Positions 13,376 to 24,949 of a stretch of DNA of 64,000 nt are shown in pieces. A program made the position numbers and the translations under genes. The DNA is from Octopus vulgaris (Eukaryota). The number at the start of each line of letters is the position of its first letter. Within the stretch, counting starts at the first letter, position 1. The notes under the pieces are model-generated. The model searched no databases, was not told the origin of the DNA, and saw nothing but the letters and a program-made list of their open reading frames with translations. The DNA is taken from positions 94,798,001-94,862,000 of the forward strand of contig OX597824.1 of the NCBI GenBank assembly GCA_951406725.2, given 5' to 3'.

Positions 13376-13926
13376 TCTATATGTAATATATTATCTCAAT
13401 ATTATTAGCAAGACCCTGTGGTTAAGAATTTCATTTCACAACCACAGAATTTGGAGTTTGATCTGTGTGACACCTTAGGCAAGTGTCTTCTATTTTAGTC
13501 TCAGAATAACCAATACCTTTGTAAGTGAAATTTCATTGGTGGAAACTGTGTCTTGCATAGATTTTTTTAAGGAATCAATATTTCAGAGCATAGGATTATA
13601 CCACCATATAGTCTGTCTGCAAAATTTGGATAACTGCCGCCTGTCTGAGAAATGAACCCCATGATGTGGAGTGGCTGTTGTAGCGAGTGTTGCTGGCCAT
13701 TCTCTGTGGTAACGCCTTTGCAATCATGTCTGTGTGGTGTGGCTAAATATGCCATTTGTCCTGTGGTGCCCAACCCATAACTCCCCCACCCCTACCCCCT
13801 TTTTTTTGTTTCCTTGAAGAGGTAGTTATGGGTTTTTTCTTTCCTTGATAATTTGACCTTTTATACTACTAGTGTTTTTCTTTCTTTCTTTTCTTCCTGT
13901 AAAAATACATTGTGAATAAGATCAGT

Positions 13927-14407
13927 ACTTGACTTGACTTGAGACAGCATTCACCTGGGGTGGTTTGAGCTGGCTTCATTCATCCTCAATGCTGCATCTC
14001 TCACAAACACTGACCAGGCCTGGCGATTTGAGGCTAACGACTGCGTGATCTCCAACCACTCCTTATTCCAGCGGCGAACGCCATAGATAAGGGGGCCTAG
14101 GTTGGGTTCCAGGTCAGCCTTGACTGCCATCAGCCAGGTTTTTCGTTGTCCACCACATCGCTTTCGCCAACCCTGAAGCGGAGCTGGGGCAATTGCTTCG
14201 TAGATGAATTCTCCTGGTTGACGACGGAGGGCATGACCCAGCCAACGCAGATGTCTCGTTAGGATGACTTGTTGGAGGGAGGTGATTTTGCACTGGTGTC
14301 GCACCGAATTGTTGGAGACAAAGTGATGCCATTGGACACGAAAGATGCGGCGCAGACAGAGGTGATCTAAGGATTCTAGTCGCTTAATATCTTTCACCCT
14401 CAGGGTG
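13927..14407 (-). mobile_element. 5'-truncated RTE-clade LINE with 13-bp TSD
   Basis: ORF 13951-14397 (CLRRIF...LRWLGHALR...GGQRKTW) is a typical RTE ORF C-terminus. (CAAGT)n tail at 13927-13942. Exact TSD GAATAAGATCAGT at 13914-13926 and 14408-14420. Confidence 0.9.
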
Positions 14408-14934
14408 GAATAAGATCAGTGATAAACTGTTATCACCAATTTATAGCAAAATTTGCAGACAAAACCTCACTGTCCCTTGCAGCAAAAAGGAATGTAGCAC
14501 AGCAAGAAAGGGCCTTTAAGAAGAGAAAAGAACTTGCACAATACTTCTTTTTTGACAATATCCCCTATTTAAATGTAAAAGCAACTCTTGTTGAATTTGT
14601 AGTAGCAGGAACGATGCCTCCAGATGGAAAGACCATAACATATGTTAGTCATAAATTTTCTGGTACTCAGAGAAGTTGGAATGATATCTCACAGATACGT
14701 ATCATCTGATTCATGCTGGCTGGCAGAAGCACAGCTTGGATTAAGCATGAAGATGAAAAAAAACTCAGTTAACACTAATTGAATAAATTAGCTCCTAAAT
14801 ATCCCCCCCCCCCAGTCACATCTGCTAATCATGATATCATTGAATGAGCCTGTTATCACTGACTTCTCCATCCTCTCTAGAGTCACTGTTTGATCATGTG
14901 ATCCTCCACAGTGATGCTTCTGACAAGTCCAAAT

Positions 14935-15176
14935 CTACTACTACTACTATGACCACGACCACTACTACTACTACTACTACTACTACTGCCACCACCGCCA
15001 GCAGCAGCACCACCACCACCACTACTACTACTACTGTCACCGCCGCCAGTACCAATACCACTACCACTACTACTGCCACTGCCGCCGGTACCACTACTAC
15101 TACTATGACCACGACTACTACTACTACTACTACTACTGCTGCTACTACTACTACTACTACTGCTGCTACTGCTACT
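14935..15176. repeat. Compound (ACT)n/(ACC)n/(GCT)n microsatellite
   Basis: Directly visible. Confidence 0.95.
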
Positions 15177-15708
15177 CGGTACTCCCAGTTCCTCTCATGT
15201 TGTTAACCCTCATGCTAACCCTCACGACTACTTCATGCACAGCAAAACACCACCACAGAATCACAAAAGAAACTTGGAAACTACTAATTTATAATATAGC
15301 ACAACTTTGCTGGATTAATAGTTATATTTTGTCTTTGTATTCTGAGTAGTTTTTCTGTTCTCTTATTAATATGTAAGTGTGTAACCAGTCAACATATGCG
15401 CTCTGCACCTGTCTACTCAAGTCAGTCTGTGGTATAATTGTTTGCTCATGTCGTTCTGTTGTTACATGCCTTTTGCATGTGGTCAGGACTTTTATTGAAC
15501 TGGTACTCTCAAGAAGTCTACCAGTTCAATAAAAGGAATTGTTTGGGTGACATTGGTGAATCATGACCCTCCAATGTGTCTGGAGATTTCAATGTCAATG
15601 TCATTTGTGAACGTGGTAAAACTTTAAATGAAGCTAACATTAAAAATGGTAAAAATAACCAGTCCCATCCCTCTCTCTCTCTCTCTCTCTCTCTATTTAT
15701 TTATTTAT

Positions 15709-15936
15709 TTAACTCTTTAGCATTCAGATTACTCTGTTAAATGTAATACTTTTTCACTCAAATTGTTTTGAATTAATCATGCATTATCTTATAGCTTTGG
15801 AGTTTCAATGATGTGATTGTTTATTTTTAGAACGCCAATGTAGGTTAGGTGTGAGAGGCTAGATATTGCCAGTTTGAATATAAAACATGTAGAATATTTG
15901 GGCCGGATATGGCCGGTTTAAATACTAAAGGGTTAA
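15709..15936. mobile_element. piggyBac-type MITE (family D), full length, about 228 bp
   Basis: TTAA at both ends, with TIRs TTAACTCTTTAGCATT and AATACTAAAGGGTTAA. Confidence 0.85.
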
Positions 15937-16273
15937 GGATTCCAGTACTTTGAAATATATAAGGAGCATTTAACTGAAAGCTCTACCTGTCTTGAACATG
16001 GGCTCAAAGCACAAATAATGAAGTTACATGTTTTGTTTTTTAATTTTAACAGTTGTTTATGATTGTATCTAGCCGGTTCTTCTTTATCAGACTGTATCAT
16101 TGTTTATGATCAGATCTTGGAAATCATCTGTCATTCCATCATTTTCATACAATCCTCTTTTGATTGACAATTAGCTGAATTAGTATGGTCAAAAGTATAA
16201 TCACACAAATTTGTTTCCATCAGATTTAAAACCAACTAAAAAATTTTATGTATTTGCACATGCATACTTTTAC

Positions 16274-16442
16274 ATCATCATCATCATCATCATTTAATGT
16301 CTGTTGACCATACTGTCATGGGCTGGACGATTTGACCAGGTTGGTATGCTGGAAGGCTGCACTAGACTCCTGTCTGATTTGGCACCGTTTTCTATGATGA
16401 ATGCCCTTCCTAATGCCAACCACTCCAAGCGTGTAATGGGTG
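16274..16442 (-). mobile_element. Family C retroposon
   Basis: (CAT)n start followed by the family C 3' body. Confidence 0.75.
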
Positions 16443-16604
16443 CTTGGGTGCTCTTTCTCCAACTGTAATAGCCATGTATCTTTTCTTCTAGAGCAAGACA
16501 CCTGTTTTTGTCCTTTCCATCACCTGGCACAAAGCCACCTCCCTCAATACCATGTCCCCTCCCATTTGAGAAGTTATTGTCTTGCAAACTATGTTGGCGG
16601 CTTT

Positions 16605-16790
16605 GCCAGTGCTTGTACCACATAGAAAGTACTTAGTGCACTCTGTAAAGTGGTTGGGTTTAGGAAGGACATCCAGCCATAGAAACCATGTCAAAACTGA
16701 CAGTGGGGGTTTGTTGCAGTCCCCTGGCTTGCCTGCTCCTGTCAAACCATCCAACCATTGCCAGCATGGAAAAGAGATGATGATGGTGAC
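16605..16790 (+). mobile_element. Family C retroposon
   Basis: gtggttgggtttaggaaggacatccagcc...gccagcatggaaaagagatgatgatg. Confidence 0.7.
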
Positions 16791-17242
16791 GACCGTATCA
16801 AACTTATTGCATTTTGGCAAAAATATAATTTCATAATGTCCAGTCTGTTCTGTTAAAATATCTTCAATTTTGGCTACAGTATCATTTAGCATTAACAAAA
16901 TTTCAAATATATGAAATTATGGTGTCCTCAAAAAAACCCCCAAAAAAACTGCTTTTGAACTTTTTACTTGTAAACTTTCTAAAATTTGCTTAAAATTACA
17001 CCATTAATGAATGTCCCTTTTTTTTTTTATTTGAATTATTTTAGTTTTCAGTTTGCTTCAAGCAATTAAATTATTTTTGTATTTATTTATTTTTTTGTAT
17101 AGGAAGCAATATTTCTGAAATGCTGCTGGTTCGTGTATAGATGAGTTTAAAATAGAACGTGAATCCCTCTCCATTACTGCCTGTATCATCTTTAGGCATT
17201 GCAAGACCTGCTGGTGCTGCTGTTGGCTGGTACTGTCTCACC

Positions 17243-17372
17243 ATGGATCCAAACCACTGGAGTAATTACAATCAGCCCTACAGCCGAATTAACCACAATA
17301 GTACCATGCCCTCAGCCCACAGTTCCATTAACCGTTATGAACTGCCACTTTTGGATCAAGGAATCGGAACAG
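17243..17372 (+). CDS. First coding exon (MDPNHWSNYNQPYSRINHNSTMPSAHSSINRYELPLLDQGIGT) of a putative QSER1/PRR12-like gene
   Basis: Strong Kozak context (tcaccATGg) and in-frame upstream stops. Donor AG|GTAAAA at 17372/17373 is phase 1 and joins in frame to 48267 and 57318. Candidate acceptors at 17102 or 17195. Confidence 0.8.
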
Positions 17373-17617
17373 GTAAAAACATTTACTTCAAGAAATTTAT
17401 AACTTCAAAGCTGTAACACTCTTAATTCTTTCTCCGTTTACATTCTGCAGACCAGCTTCTCTTATTTTTGCGACTCACAAGCATGTGTGCACCTGTGCAC
17501 ATATTTCTCTCATTTTAGTTCCTTTAACATTTATAGACAATAATTTCATCTCTCTCTCTATCTCTTTCTCTTATGAAATCTGTATTTACAGAAATTATGC
17601 TACTGTTATTGCCCCCA

Positions 17618-17625
17618 TTATTATG

Positions 17626-17657
<32 letters not shown>
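17618..17657. repeat. (ATT)n microsatellite
   Basis: Directly visible. Confidence 0.9.
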
Positions 17658-17658
<1 letters not shown>

Positions 17659-18395
17659 ATTTAGAATTTAAGTAGAGAATGCTCATAGTAAAATGTTAAA
17701 TGTTTAAAATGTATTTACTATAATTAGGACATTTTGTAGTTGTATTGATGTTATTTAACTAATTTAAAGTGTCCCCATGGTTTTAAAATTTAGCATTAAC
17801 GAATGTTTTTCAATTAGAATTTTAAAAGAAAATGGGTGGATTTTTCTGCCTTTAATTTTGTATTATTCCGGTTTTGAAACAAACATCATTTTCTGAACAC
17901 AAATCAGATTTTTTAAAAATTCATTTTTTTCTTTTCTCATTTTTATTTTAAAATTGTATTTATTGTTCCCTGTGGCTTTTTAAAGAAAAGATAAAATAAT
18001 TTGAACTTATTGTATCTCAACAATAAATATAGTTGGACTACGATGTGGTCTAAATAACCTACCATGGTTTTAAATATGTTTCCTAAATATGTTCTAAAAG
18101 CAAATTATCTTGTTTTATTCTTCTGTAGAAATGCACTTCACACCAGCTGCATTTGAAAAATGCGCTAATTCTTTTCAAAAGGCTTAGATATTCAGTGTTC
18201 TATAATTCTATAAAACTTATGTTAAAAGATTCTTCAGTGGCTTAGTAATGCTACAGAAAGTTTTCATTAATCTTTTCATTGATACAATAAAAACCAACAT
18301 TTACATAAAAACAACAGAAAGTAACCAATAAGTTGATAAATAATTCAGTTTTCTAAATTCTTGATGATATTTAATTATTGTAAAGATAAAGAACA

Positions 18396-18585
18396 AGGTG
18401 GTAGAATTGTTAGCACTCTGGACAAAATGCTTTGCAGCCTTTCTTGTAGTTTTACTTTCTGAGGTCAACTTAGTCTTTCATCTTTATGGGGTCAGTAAAA
18501 TAAGTACCAGTTGAGGACTGGGGTCAGTTTAATCAACTAACCCCTTCTCCCAAAATTTCAGGCTTTGTACCTGTTGTAGAAAGAA
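18396..18585 (+). mobile_element. Family B SINE (degraded)
   Basis: Contains tctttcatctttatggggtcagtaaaataagtaccagttg and the ccccttctcccaaaatttcagg tail. Confidence 0.7.
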
Positions 18586-18599
18586 TTGTAAGTAAATAG

Positions 18600-20420
18600 A
18601 GCTTAAATTCAAGACAACAGAGACAGCTATGTGCCTTGAGAGATATGATTTTTTTTCAAAAATTAGTAGGAAGAAGTTGATGCTATGGAAGCCAAGAATC
18701 TATGTACAGATATTCTGTAGAGCTAAGCCAAGAAACGAAAGCCATTATTTCAAGAGGTTCCAAGTAATCGTTTTATAAGAAGATAAATATTAAGAAAGAG
18801 AAAATGAATTTGAACAAAAACAATAGAAATTGCTGAGGAATGCTAATGGACAAAAGCAATGGAAGATATTAAGGAATTTGAAAAAAGTGAATAGTGAGTT
18901 CTAACATGCCGTCAAAAAGACGGACAATTATTTGAAGAAAGAATGTAAAAGTGCAGGAGAAAACCAGCAGAAAAAAAGCACTTATCTTCAAATATGATAA
19001 GAAATTTCTAGAAAGTTAGTGCCTAGAATCAGTTTTCTACAGGATAAAAATGGGCAACATATCAATGAAAGAAGTACTATTAAAAGCCTGATAGTTTATA
19101 TAGAAGAAGACTTGTGTGTAAGATATACAAACTCTGTATAGAATAGATTTGGTTAACAAGAGACGATGAGCAATGGCTAGAAGAATGTTAAGCTTTATTT
19201 GATAACCAGTTGATCTAGCAAGCGGGGCCTCATAACAGTGAGAGAGAGGGGACGATGCCGTCGAGAAGTAGGCCCCGGAATGGCGCACATTCTCTCCTGA
19301 TGACCCCATACACTTGCTGACTTCCAGTATGTGGAGTTCTTGACTGGTAGCACCTGCATGTGCAAGTTGTTTGTAAAACATACTAATAGAGCTTGAGAAG
19401 TACCCAACATAATGGAAGCAGAACTAAGTTTGGCAGTTTTTGAAGTAGTGAAAGAAAAGAAGCACCATTGAACTGTAGGAAAACAGTTGATGAAGACACC
19501 TTTAAGTTGCTTATAGAACAAAATTTGCAATTAGTTGAATGATCATTAAACCCTATGAAAGTGGCTGAAAGAAATGGGTGTACCTAAGCACCATAGTCTT
19601 TCAGGTATGAAACCTTTATTGAGAACAAGAAGTTAGAGTAAGGACAAAGATTGGGATGACATATGGTTTATGGTCAAGAAAGGAGTGAGACAAGTTTGCG
19701 TATTTTCCTTGTACTTTTTAATGTGCATAGAGAAGAATATGTGGTAAGCAGGCTCAGGTGAGATAAGTGGGGAGTTAAAAATAGCAGTCAACAACCTGAG
19801 ATAAGTGGATGACACAACATTGTTGATAGAAGAAGTGCAAAGGTGGATTGGAATTAAAAGAAGTAAAAAAATGTCAGATTTAAATTTTAAAGAATTTAAG
19901 ATCAGAGATTAGATGGTGGAAGTAGTGGCTCGTTTGTTTTACTTGGATGCAAGATTGAAAGACGTGGGGAATGTTTGAATGAAAGTGAAAGTAGAATAGC
20001 CTCATGGGAAGGCTGCATTGATCGGACTAGAGAAAATTATCAAAGACAAAAGTATATCCCAAATAACAATGGGAAGACTGTTGAAATCAATGGTATATTC
20101 TGTAATGATGTCTTTGGATACGAATTAATAAGCAAGGTAGATGGAAAATTAATGCATTTGAAATATGGTGCTGATGATTATTGAGAATGTCACGGACAAA
20201 AAGAACAAACAGATCAATACTACTGAAAGTGAAGGAAGCAGTGATTGTCAAAGATTAAAATTCCTTGGTCATGTCTGAATCAATGGTGGATGACATCAGA
20301 AAAGTATTATGTTCTTAGAACTGAAGATTCAAAAGGAGAAAGACAATTGCTCATGGATAGATAGATGGAGGTGAAAGAAGTAAGACAACATCTTTGAATT
20401 AGAGCTCTGAATGTTTATGA
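18600..20420 (+). mobile_element. Degraded RTE/BovB-like LINE ORF relic
   Basis: Decayed RT motifs: WFMVKKGVRQ (about 19663), NNLR*VDDTTL (YADD box, about 19790), KINAFEIWC..LLRM (about 20145), FLGHV (about 20260). Confidence 0.75.
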
Positions 20421-21636
20421 GAAGTAGGTAGAATTAGAGATGGCAATTATTAGTGCTTGTTTTAACCAAAATATTGTAGTTACCAGCTTTAAATGTAAAG
20501 AGCAACAAGAAAACCATTAAACTGGTGCTTTAAAACAGAATTCTGTTGTGATATTTGCTCTGATTTCGTTACAAGACAAACTTCATTGGGAATGTATAAC
20601 TAAAAACATTATCATTTATAAAATGTGTTATAAAATTAAAAAAACAACTAATTAGGTATTTAAAAAAAAAACAAAAAAACAAATAATTTGACATTGTTTC
20701 ATCCATCTTGGCATTTAAATATTTAATCATATTGGTTAAAAATTGCTGGGAAAAAAACAAACAAAAAGCCCATTTGGTTTTGAAATTGACTTGGCTTTCA
20801 TATCCACAGGATTATTGAAATGAGTACCAATAATGTTTTTTTTAACCTGTTAAACTGAATTAGGTATACCTTTACTTTTACAAAAATTGGTCTTGTGCTT
20901 TACATAAAAAATTTGATATTACTTTAAACCAACTATCTTTTATATTGCTTGGCTATAAATTTTGCAGCAGTCTATTAAATTTAACTGTTAAAAAAAATAA
21001 CATAAGCTATGAAATAAATATAGAGTGTGATACGCTGTGTTTTTCCAAATCACACTGTTGGGTTTCTCCTTATATAAATAACATAATGATAGGTTAATTA
21101 ACTGATAAAAAGATAAAATAATACTATGTATATTTTTTTCTTAAAAAATATATTCTAAACCAAGTCATCTTGTTTAATTCTTCTATAGATAAAATCAATT
21201 GTCTATCAGTTTCATATAGGTTAAAACAGACAATAATAACTTGGATAAATCATTGTGCAATTTAGACAGAACATTTCTATCTTAGGGTCACCTATATGTA
21301 CAAGCTAGGGCACAGTGCCTTTGTGGAAGACTTGGCAGCTTTCTGTGCATTTAAATCTGTCTGTCTCTGGAAAGGGTGGCACTTCAGGGATTATGCTACT
21401 TGGCACTGGTGTTATTGCAAGGGTTGCAAAGGGCCAGAACAGATATTGTTAGAAGTTTTTTTTTTGTCTGATGCTATAATAGTACTTCCAACCCACCAGC
21501 CTGTTTTGACGCTTGTTTATTGACCTTGAAACGATCAACAATAAGTATGACTCCAGCAGGATTTCAACACAGCACAGTGTTGAAACAAATACCACAACTC
21601 ATTCTAGCCAATATTTGTGTCCTCCCTCCCAGCCCC

Positions 21637-21780
21637 ATCATTTGACGTCCCTGTTTCATGTTGGCATTGGTTGGGCCATTTGACAGGGTCCAGTGTGTCC
21701 AAGGACAGTGTCAAGCCTCAATGTCTACTTTGGCACGGCTTTTAAAGCTGGATGTCCCTCCTTACACCAACCACTTTGCA
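21637..21780 (-). mobile_element. Family C retroposon (degraded) running into a minisatellite
   Basis: catcatttgacgtccctgtttcatgttggcattggttggg...gctggatgtccctccttacaccaaccact. Confidence 0.7.
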
Positions 21781-22210
21781 GCAAGTACTGGTTGCTTATC
21801 TCGTGGTACATGCACCATTGAGGCCACAGCAAGTACCGGTTGCTTTTCTCGTGGTACATGCACCATTGAGGCCACAGCAAGTACCGGTTGCTTTTCTCGT
21901 GGTACATGCACCATTGAGGCCACAGCAAGTACCGGTTGCTTTTCTCGTGGTACATGCACCATTGAGGCCACAGCAAGTACCGGTTGCTTTTCTCGTGGTA
22001 CATGCACCATTGAGGCCACAGCAAGTACCGGTTGCTTTTCTCGTGGTACATGCACCATTGAGGCCACAGCAAGTACCGGTTGCTTTTCTCGTGGTACGTG
22101 CACCATTGAGGCCACAGCAAGTACCGGTTGCTTTTCTCGTGGTACGTGCACCATTGAGGCCACAGCAAGTACCGGTTGCTTATCTCGTGGTACGTGCACC
22201 ATTGAGCCAC
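21781..22210. repeat. 48-bp minisatellite, 9 copies
   Basis: Unit gcaagtaccggttgcttttctcgtggtacatgcaccattgaggccaca at 21781, 21829 ... 22165. Confidence 0.97.
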
Positions 22211-22635
22211 TGTGCAGTTCACAGGACTTAGAACTCTGTGGGAGTGCCGGGGGCCTGCTTTATGTTTGGAGAGAAGGGGAACACTATGAGGGACAGGAGA
22301 CAGAGCAGGCACCTGTTGAGCATACTCCACTGCATGGATACTCACATTGTGTGTGTGTAAAATAAAACAAAAAGGAACAAAGGTGGTGGTATTGCATTTA
22401 TTTATTTATAATAAATGTGAGAGAGCCGTTTTTATTTTATATTCTGTGATGACTGCTCTATTCTTTAAATCAGTACATTACCTGGATTTTCAGTTGGTAG
22501 AACATTTCTGCTGTATGTGGATGATTTTTTTCCCCTTCTCCCTATACATCCAGTTAACTAGGATTTCACTTAGATTGATGATTGAGGTGTTTGCTTGGAT
22601 TTCCTGAATTCCCCTTCTCTTAAGATGTATATATA

Positions 22636-22870
22636 TATCTGTAAATGTAATATGTGACAATTATTTGGTAGCCAAGATAAAAAAAGATTTTTCATAGCGG
22701 TTTTTTCGATGGCCGGATAACTGAAGAGGTGGTGGTGTGGATTTCCACCTCGGAGTTTTATCTTGGCTACCGAATAATTGTCACATATTACATTTACAGA
22801 TAAATTCCTCTATTTACATGATATTGAGGTCTCTTTCTTTGTTTTGTTATCTTACCGTTTTTATCAATAA
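22636..22870. mobile_element. Penelope-like fold-back fragment
   Basis: 47-bp inverted arms (22636-22682 and 22756-22802, 1 mismatch), a hammerhead-like relic in the spacer and (TA)n flanks. Confidence 0.6.
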
Positions 22871-22873
22871 TAA

Positions 22874-22910
<37 letters not shown>

Positions 22911-23423
22911 TAATTACATGCACCTTAATCATCAGTATTTTTTATTATTGATTTTAAGATTTTTCAGTTTGTTAGAAAGTTAATATTCTAGATTTTTCTG
23001 TTTTGTTTTTGTAAATCTGATTTATATATTCTTTTACAGTAGGCCATTCATTGATTGTTTGGTTCCATTTATTTAGGTTTAGATTGTATTCCCATTCTGG
23101 TAGAATTATGTATATTAACAAGAATATTGATTTCTAACACTAGCATAAAAGACCATCATCAATTTTGGAAAAAGAGAACATTTGATTTAATCAACTGGAA
23201 TACCTGACTGGTACTCTATTTTTTATTGGCCCTAAAAAGGTGTAAAGCAATACTGGCCTCAGAATGTTAAAAAAAGGGTTATCACTAAATATTGCATGCA
23301 TTTTGTCTGATACTCAGGTGATTCTGTCAGTCCATATTTATTAAGCAAGGAAACTGTTGTACACTAATTAACTGTTAATTAACTGGAATAAATATTTGAA
23401 CATGATCTTATTGTGGTTTAAAG

Positions 23424-23671
23424 CAGTTGTACTTAAACTGGAGTCCACATAAGTCCTTATAAGGGTTTAGTTGTTAAAATTAATGTATAATAAATTGTTA
23501 TAATTCTATAGTGCACAAAATATTTTAACAATGTTTTTTTTATACAATTCCTTGAAATATTTAATTAAAAATGCAATGGGATTTTTTGAAGCATTGAATG
23601 GCTGTGGGGGTCCAGTAGAGTGAAATAGGGACCAGAAGGGCCCATAAGTAAAAAACGGTTGAGAGCCACTG
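23424..23671 (+). mobile_element. hAT-type MITE
   Basis: Termini cagttgtacttaaac and ggttgagagccactg. 8-bp TSD GTTTAAAG / GTTTAAAA (7/8 match). Confidence 0.7.
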
Positions 23672-24949
23672 GTTTAAAACATCAGTTACCATTCAGTTCA
23701 TTTAGAGATTGGACAAAAATGAAGAATAAACAAGATAACTTGTTTCAAATCAAAAATTACATTAATATTCAAAAATTATGCTTAGTACATTTAAAATTTG
23801 TTACAAGTAAGTAGCTACTATTTTACCATTATATTTTGAGCTTAAAGTATATTTCCCATCATGCTCTTGCCTTCAGTTTTCAAACTCTTTGAAAACTTAA
23901 CCCTGACACGTTTTTTTTTTTTTTTTTATTATTTAAACTTTTAGTTTTGTTAATCTTGACAAGTTAAAATTTTCTTTATAGCGATTGTCGGTTGTCATGG
24001 TAACTAAATAATAAAATATGAATTTACATAGAGCTAGGAGGTACTGGCTGGACACTTTTATTTAATTCTGGTAGCCAGTATTTTATTTTCAATTAGATTT
24101 TGGTTAGTCAGAGTAGGTATCGTTATGAATTTTTGAAAATATTTAAATGTAATTTCTACTCTGCTTTTTGTTGGAGAACATCCAAAAAGAAACATTTTGA
24201 TAGCTCGTTTGTGAAATTTGAATAAATATTTTAGGAAATATGACAACTTGAATGGTCAGTGAAATGGTCAAGATTTTGCCTAATTTGCATAAATGAATAA
24301 GTAGCTATAGTTGTGATGTCATAACTTAGAAACTGAGGTGATGATCGGTTTCAAATTCCACAAATTAATAGTGACCATGGTATAGTAGTTGCTTAATTTT
24401 TTTTCAGTTTCTTGGAAAGAAAACATTTTTTTTTTTTTGGACAATATTTGAAATAAGTAAAACCTATTTTGTTACATGTAACAAATGGTTGGTTTTTGCA
24501 GTGTTTTCAGACCTAGCTAAATCCAAAATTACAAACTTTAGGAACTTGAGCTTTGGCACCTTTGTAGTAGGTTTGGAGGTAAATAAATAAATCATGAGAT
24601 TTTGGGACATGGCAGCATTTCCATAAAATTTTAATTAGACTATTAAAAATGACTATAAATAGTGGAATTTTGGATCAGGATGCCCACATAAGTTGCATTT
24701 TCTTAGTTTTGACAGGGATTTTCCCCATTTTTTTTCTCACCATGGCCTTGGAAATGAAGAGGGGAAGATTCTTATGAAAAAAAAATTAAATTCCAGCTAT
24801 TGCAAGCATTTCCTATGGTTATATTGTGATCCGTTATCTGCAGGGGGCTCAGTTTTGATACACTGGTACAGGGTATAAAACTGAATCTTCTCTAAGTTTG
24901 GAGCTTTACAATAAATTTAATAAGTATCCTTGGAGAGTTCTGTGGAGGG

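Noticed and set aside
14419-14709. 96-aa non-repetitive ORF next to the RTE insertion
   Set aside because: No recognisable family, start context or splice sites. It lies upstream of the inferred start exon.
14844-15206. Mucin-like Thr-rich ORF
   Set aside because: Microsatellite translation.
21658-22365. Repeat-protein ORFs, or a CRISPR-like array
   Set aside because: Head-to-tail 48-bp units with no unique spacers. The frames are open only because 48 is divisible by 3.
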